Shown here: piece by piece, positions 35,889-38,890 of the stretch | How positions within the stretch are numbered: the first letter of the stretch is position 1 | Layout of the letters: each line of letters opens with the position of its first letter | Source of the DNA: Promethearchaeota archaeon | GTDB lineage: Archaea > Asgardarchaeota > Lokiarchaeia > Sigyniarchaeales > SOKP01 | NCBI GenBank assembly: GCA_016839705.1 | Contig: JAEOTR010000045.1 | Span: 1 to 38,890 of the forward strand | Direction: 5' to 3' | Length of the DNA stretch: 38,890 bases | Position numbers and translations under genes: made by a program | Notes under the pieces: generated by a model | Told to the model about the DNA's origin: nothing | What the model saw: only the letters and a program-made list of their open reading frames with translations | The model's database searches: none

Positions 35889-36773
35889 TTATTCATTTTC
35901 TTTTATAAACGAACATGTCCAACAATTTGGATCTTTAATTTTGTTAATTATATTAAATTTATTTGTGAGACCATTATAATTTAATTGCTTACCAACGAGT
36001 GGTTCTCCTATTTTGGGATTCCATTTTTTATATTTATCAAAATAATCTGTACCCAGTATGAATTTAAGCACTTGTTGCGTTTGGATTCCTCCAATAATCG
36101 ATGTTGTGGTTATGAGAGTAGCCATTTTTTCCATGGTTTCTCCATTTTGCGAATCTATTTCTTGTCCAGTGCAAGAAAATTTTCTCCACATTAAATCTAA
36201 ATCAACATTAGAAATTCCACATTGTAAACATGAAGAAGTTTGCATTTTTGAATATACTGCTTGTACCGTTCCAAAGTATCCGTCAATTCCAGAATCTATA
36301 AACGGAATGTTATAATAATATGCATAGTTATTTGCTTCAAGTCGAGCTTCAATATTATCTAAACAAGAACATACAACATCATATTGTTTATACAGATCTT
36401 TATCTATATTGTTTAAATCTTCCTTTATCGTGATGATTTCTACATCTGGATTCAATATTCTACAAGCCTCTTTAACCACATCAACTTTATATTTTTTCTT
36501 TTTAGCAGCTTTTGCATTAAATAATATACAACGATTTAAATTGGAGGTTTCAATTAGATCATAATCAATTAAGAGAATTGTCCCTACCCCTGCCATGACA
36601 AGATTTTTCACAAGTTCATTTCCTGTTGCTCCGACACCTATTACCATGATTCGGGCATTCGTAATTTTCTTTTGATCCCAGCCTCTAATTCTTTTTTGGC
36701 GATCATATTTATCCGATTCTATGGAATCAAACCCAATTATTTCAATTTCAGACGGATCTTTTTTTTCTGCCAT
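35889..36773 (-). CDS. Ubiquitin-activating E1-like (ThiF/UBA family) adenylyltransferase
   Basis: YDRQ, GVGATG, DYDLIETSNLNR, CLDNIEAR, CLQC and CWTC zinc pairs, candidate catalytic Cys in FSCTG. Confidence 0.92.
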   Translation of the reverse strand: MAEKKDPSEIEIIGFDSIESDKYDRQKRIRGWDQKKITNARIMVIGVGATGNELVKNLVMAGVGTILLIDYDLIETSNLNRCILFNAKAAKKKKYKVDVVKEACRILNPDVEIITIKEDLNNIDKDLYKQYDVVCSCLDNIEARLEANNYAYYYNIPFIDSGIDGYFGTVQAVYSKMQTSSCLQCGISNVDLDLMWRKFSCTGQEIDSQNGETMEKMATLITTTSIIGGIQTQQVLKFILGTDYFDKYKKWNPKIGEPLVGKQLNYNGLTNKFNIINKIKDPNCWTCSFIKENE

Positions 36774-36787
36774 TATTAATATTTAAT

Positions 36788-37303
36788 TTAAGTTATTTTC
36801 GTTAATTTAGGTGATTTTGAGGAAAGCACGGCATGACTTATTTCTTTGTACTTCATCGGTGTGTTTATATCTAAAGTAAAAAATTTATATTTTTTGTTGA
36901 TTTGGTCAACTACTAATGCTACTTGAAAGGACTCAGGAAAAAAAAATTCCTGGGTTTTTAGATCAACTGGTGATAGGAAGCACCCTAATCCCGGATGAGA
37001 ATGCCACCACCCAACAATTCTCAAATCGCTGTTGTTTTTATTCTTTTTCAACTTCTGAAATTCTCTTTCATACTCACCAGCTTTTCCTTCTAATTGGAAA
37101 GTTGAGTATTGGTCACTATGAATAGCTCCCCTAATGAATAGTTGTTCTTCAATTGTAACATAGACCTCTTCTTTCCATTTTAGAATATTCCCGATTAAAT
37201 ACCCAAAAATTTCCTGAATAGAACTTTCACATGTATTTAATATTTTATTTAGAGCCACACTTTCAATATACACAGGGAATACTAGATCTTTACTAATAGG
37301 CAT
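36788..37303 (-). CDS. JAB1/MPN+ (JAMM) metallo-isopeptidase
   Basis: EIFGYLIG, VGWWHSHPGLGCFLSPVD (HxH-x7-S-x2-D). Confidence 0.93.
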   Translation of the reverse strand: MPISKDLVFPVYIESVALNKILNTCESSIQEIFGYLIGNILKWKEEVYVTIEEQLFIRGAIHSDQYSTFQLEGKAGEYEREFQKLKKNKNNSDLRIVGWWHSHPGLGCFLSPVDLKTQEFFFPESFQVALVVDQINKKYKFFTLDINTPMKYKEISHAVLSSKSPKLTKIT

Positions 37304-37313
37304 ATTCTTTCTT

Positions 37314-38207
37314 TTATTTTAAATAATTTTTTTTCTCTTCTACTAAATCTCTTAATAAATCTTTTAGAATATCTAGTATTATAAGATTCGATTCTTTCTC
37401 GATTGCAGTTAAGCCAAAAGTTTTAATATTAAACGATTCTTCAATTTCTTTAGGTCCAAATGCAACTTCCTCCATATCTTGGAAATTGGCTATAATATAA
37501 AAATGTGTATTTCTATTTTTAGTTTTTAAATTTGAAATATAATCATTAATTCTTCCTAAATTACTTCCAGCTGAGTTACTGACAACAAGAACTATGTCTG
37601 TGGAATTTACTAAACGTCTATATATATTTAAATTTTTGATTAAATTTTCTATGTCAAATTCATATAAAATGCATTGTTTTATGCTATTTACATCAGTTAA
37701 ATCAATTTTCTTGAGTAATATCTCATTTAAGTTATCATCTATTTCTAAAATGGTTTCTCCAGGTAATGCATTTAGAATTGTTGTTTTTCCTACACCTCTT
37801 TCTCCAGTTATTATAATTTTTGGAGGAATATATATATTATCTTCAATAAAATTCTTAAAATCTTTAAAAACACTAATATTATCATTCCAATTTTTTAAAA
37901 TAGGCCTAAATCTGTTTATAAATTCATTTTTCAGTAATTTAATTTGTGTTTTAGCTTCTTCCTCTAAATCATCCTTTTCGATGACTATTACAAACTTAAA
38001 TCCAAACTCTAAAGAATAAGAATAAACTACGTTGAAGTTACCAAAGTTTAGGGCTCTAATTTTCCCTCCTTTAATTTCACTAGCAAAATCACTAATGCCC
38101 GTAAGGAATCCACTAACAATTTCTTTATCTGCATCAATTTGTCCAAAATATTCCTTAGAACAACACAAAATCCCACCAGGACCGATAATAAAAATTTTTA
38201 ATATCAA
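37314..38207 (-). CDS. Longin-like domain-small GTPase fusion (divergent G motifs)
   Basis: N-terminal IFIIGPGGILC...IVSGFLTGISDFASEI (longin-like); G1 GERGVGKTT; ANFQD at G4; LTAI at G5. Confidence 0.75.
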   Translation of the reverse strand: MILKIFIIGPGGILCCSKEYFGQIDADKEIVSGFLTGISDFASEIKGGKIRALNFGNFNVVYSYSLEFGFKFVIVIEKDDLEEEAKTQIKLLKNEFINRFRPILKNWNDNISVFKDFKNFIEDNIYIPPKIIITGERGVGKTTILNALPGETILEIDDNLNEILLKKIDLTDVNSIKQCILYEFDIENLIKNLNIYRRLVNSTDIVLVVSNSAGSNLGRINDYISNLKTKNRNTHFYIIANFQDMEEVAFGPKEIEESFNIKTFGLTAIEKESNLIILDILKDLLRDLVEEKKNYLK

Positions 38208-38319
38208 TTTGGATTTCCTTTTTATTATCTATTCATTATTAATATATATTAGATAAATAGATTAATTAAAATGATTATCGAAATTCAAATTAAATCTTTC
38301 ATATAAATAGAGTAATAAT

Positions 38320-38460
38320 ATGAATGAGAAAAACACAAATTCAGAAAAAGATCACCACCCAATTATAATCGAATCAGAGGAAAAAGAGATACAAGAACAA
38401 AAACCACCAAATGATAAAATAATTTCATTCAACCTTATCAACAAGGATTCAGAGGATTGA
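38320..38460 (+). CDS. Putative 46-aa acidic small protein (MNEKNTNSEKDHHPIIIESEEKEIQEQKPPNDKIISFNLINKDSED)
   Basis: Unannotated ORF about 20 nt downstream of TATA-like atataaa; divergent from the longin-GTPase/ubiquitin operon. Confidence 0.4.
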   Translation: MNEKNTNSEKDHHPIIIESEEKEIQEQKPPNDKIISFNLINKDSED

Positions 38461-38636
38461 ACAAAATTTCCGAACACTAGATTCTCCTTCTAAACCTTTC
38501 TGAAAAATTATTATTAAAAAGAACGAGATTAATTTCTCAACGACCTCAATTATTTTTGAATACTTTATTTTACTTCTTGCTTTATTATTTTTTATGGATA
38601 TTTAGATTTTTTTAATAATATCTTGGAACTAATTCT

Positions 38637-38890
38637 ATGGATAAGGCAACGATGAATAATGAAAAGACAATTAAATGGAAAAAATGCAGAAAATGTAATT
38701 TCTTACAACATGAATCTCATTTAAGATGTTTACAATGTAAAAATGAAACTTTTGAAACTATTACACCCTCAGGAACATGCAAACTTTTATCTTATACAAT
38801 CCTAAAAGCACCCCCTGCTGAATATCGCGACAAAACTTCATATGCATTAGGAATTGTCGAATTTGAAAATGGAGTAAAGGCTCTTGGTCA
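38637..38890 (+). CDS. Zn-ribbon/OB-fold (DUF35-type) protein, truncated by window end
   Basis: Manual translation: KKCRKCNFLQHESHLRCLQCKNETFE...GTCKLLSYTILKAPPAEYRDKTSYALGIVEFENGVKALG. Confidence 0.85.
   Translation, partial: MDKATMNNEKTIKWKKCRKCNFLQHESHLRCLQCKNETFETITPSGTCKLLSYTILKAPPAEYRDKTSYALGIVEFENGVKALG

Noticed and set aside
1193-38256. Remaining short ORF-track entries nested in or antisense to well-supported genes (e.g. 9666..10094, 11966..12403, 31670..32062, 37594..38019)
   Set aside because: Shadow ORFs with no independent motif or promoter evidence
38458-38493. Selenocysteine readthrough of the TGA ending the 46-aa ORF, or SECIS elements in nearby hairpins
   Set aside because: Readthrough adds only about 10 unremarkable codons; no selenoprotein homology or clear SECIS core seen
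1-38890. tRNA, rRNA, integrase or prophage genes
   Set aside because: No cloverleaf or rRNA-like GC-rich segment and no integrase, transposase or viral hallmark ORF recognised by eye

Overview
AT-rich archaeal chromosomal DNA, most likely from an Asgard archaeon (Lokiarchaeia/Promethearchaeota). The assignment is inferred from gene content: several Rab-like small GTPases, roadblock-GTPase and longin-GTPase fusions, a ubiquitin/E1/E2/JAB locus, a Loki-CTERM surface protein and an archaeal-type LeuRS. The left half is mostly housekeeping and fatty-acid metabolism: MDR oxidoreductase, ABC exporter, Lrp/AsnC regulator, Csp, leuS, thiolase, acyl-CoA dehydrogenase, ETF, TauE and radical SAM enzymes. 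Two candidate undescribed systems stand out. (1) At 21.5-30.3 kb a cassette occurs twice: a winged-helix+TPR regulator transcribed divergently from small peptide/protein genes, followed by Rab-like GTPase gene(s). It includes two unannotated paralogous 25-26 aa peptides, each with its own promoter and a conserved dyad operator, and the layout recalls RRNPP peptide-sensing circuits. (2) Directly upstream of leuS is an unannotated Leu-rich leader ORF (two LLL runs) with alternative RNA pairings, resembling a translation-coupled leucine attenuator in an archaeon. The right end holds a ubiquitin-conjugation locus linked to a longin-GTPase, a caspase/gingipain-fold protease pair and a membrane RING-like protein. 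No tRNA, rRNA, CRISPR array or mobile element was recognised. All calls were made by eye, without database searches.
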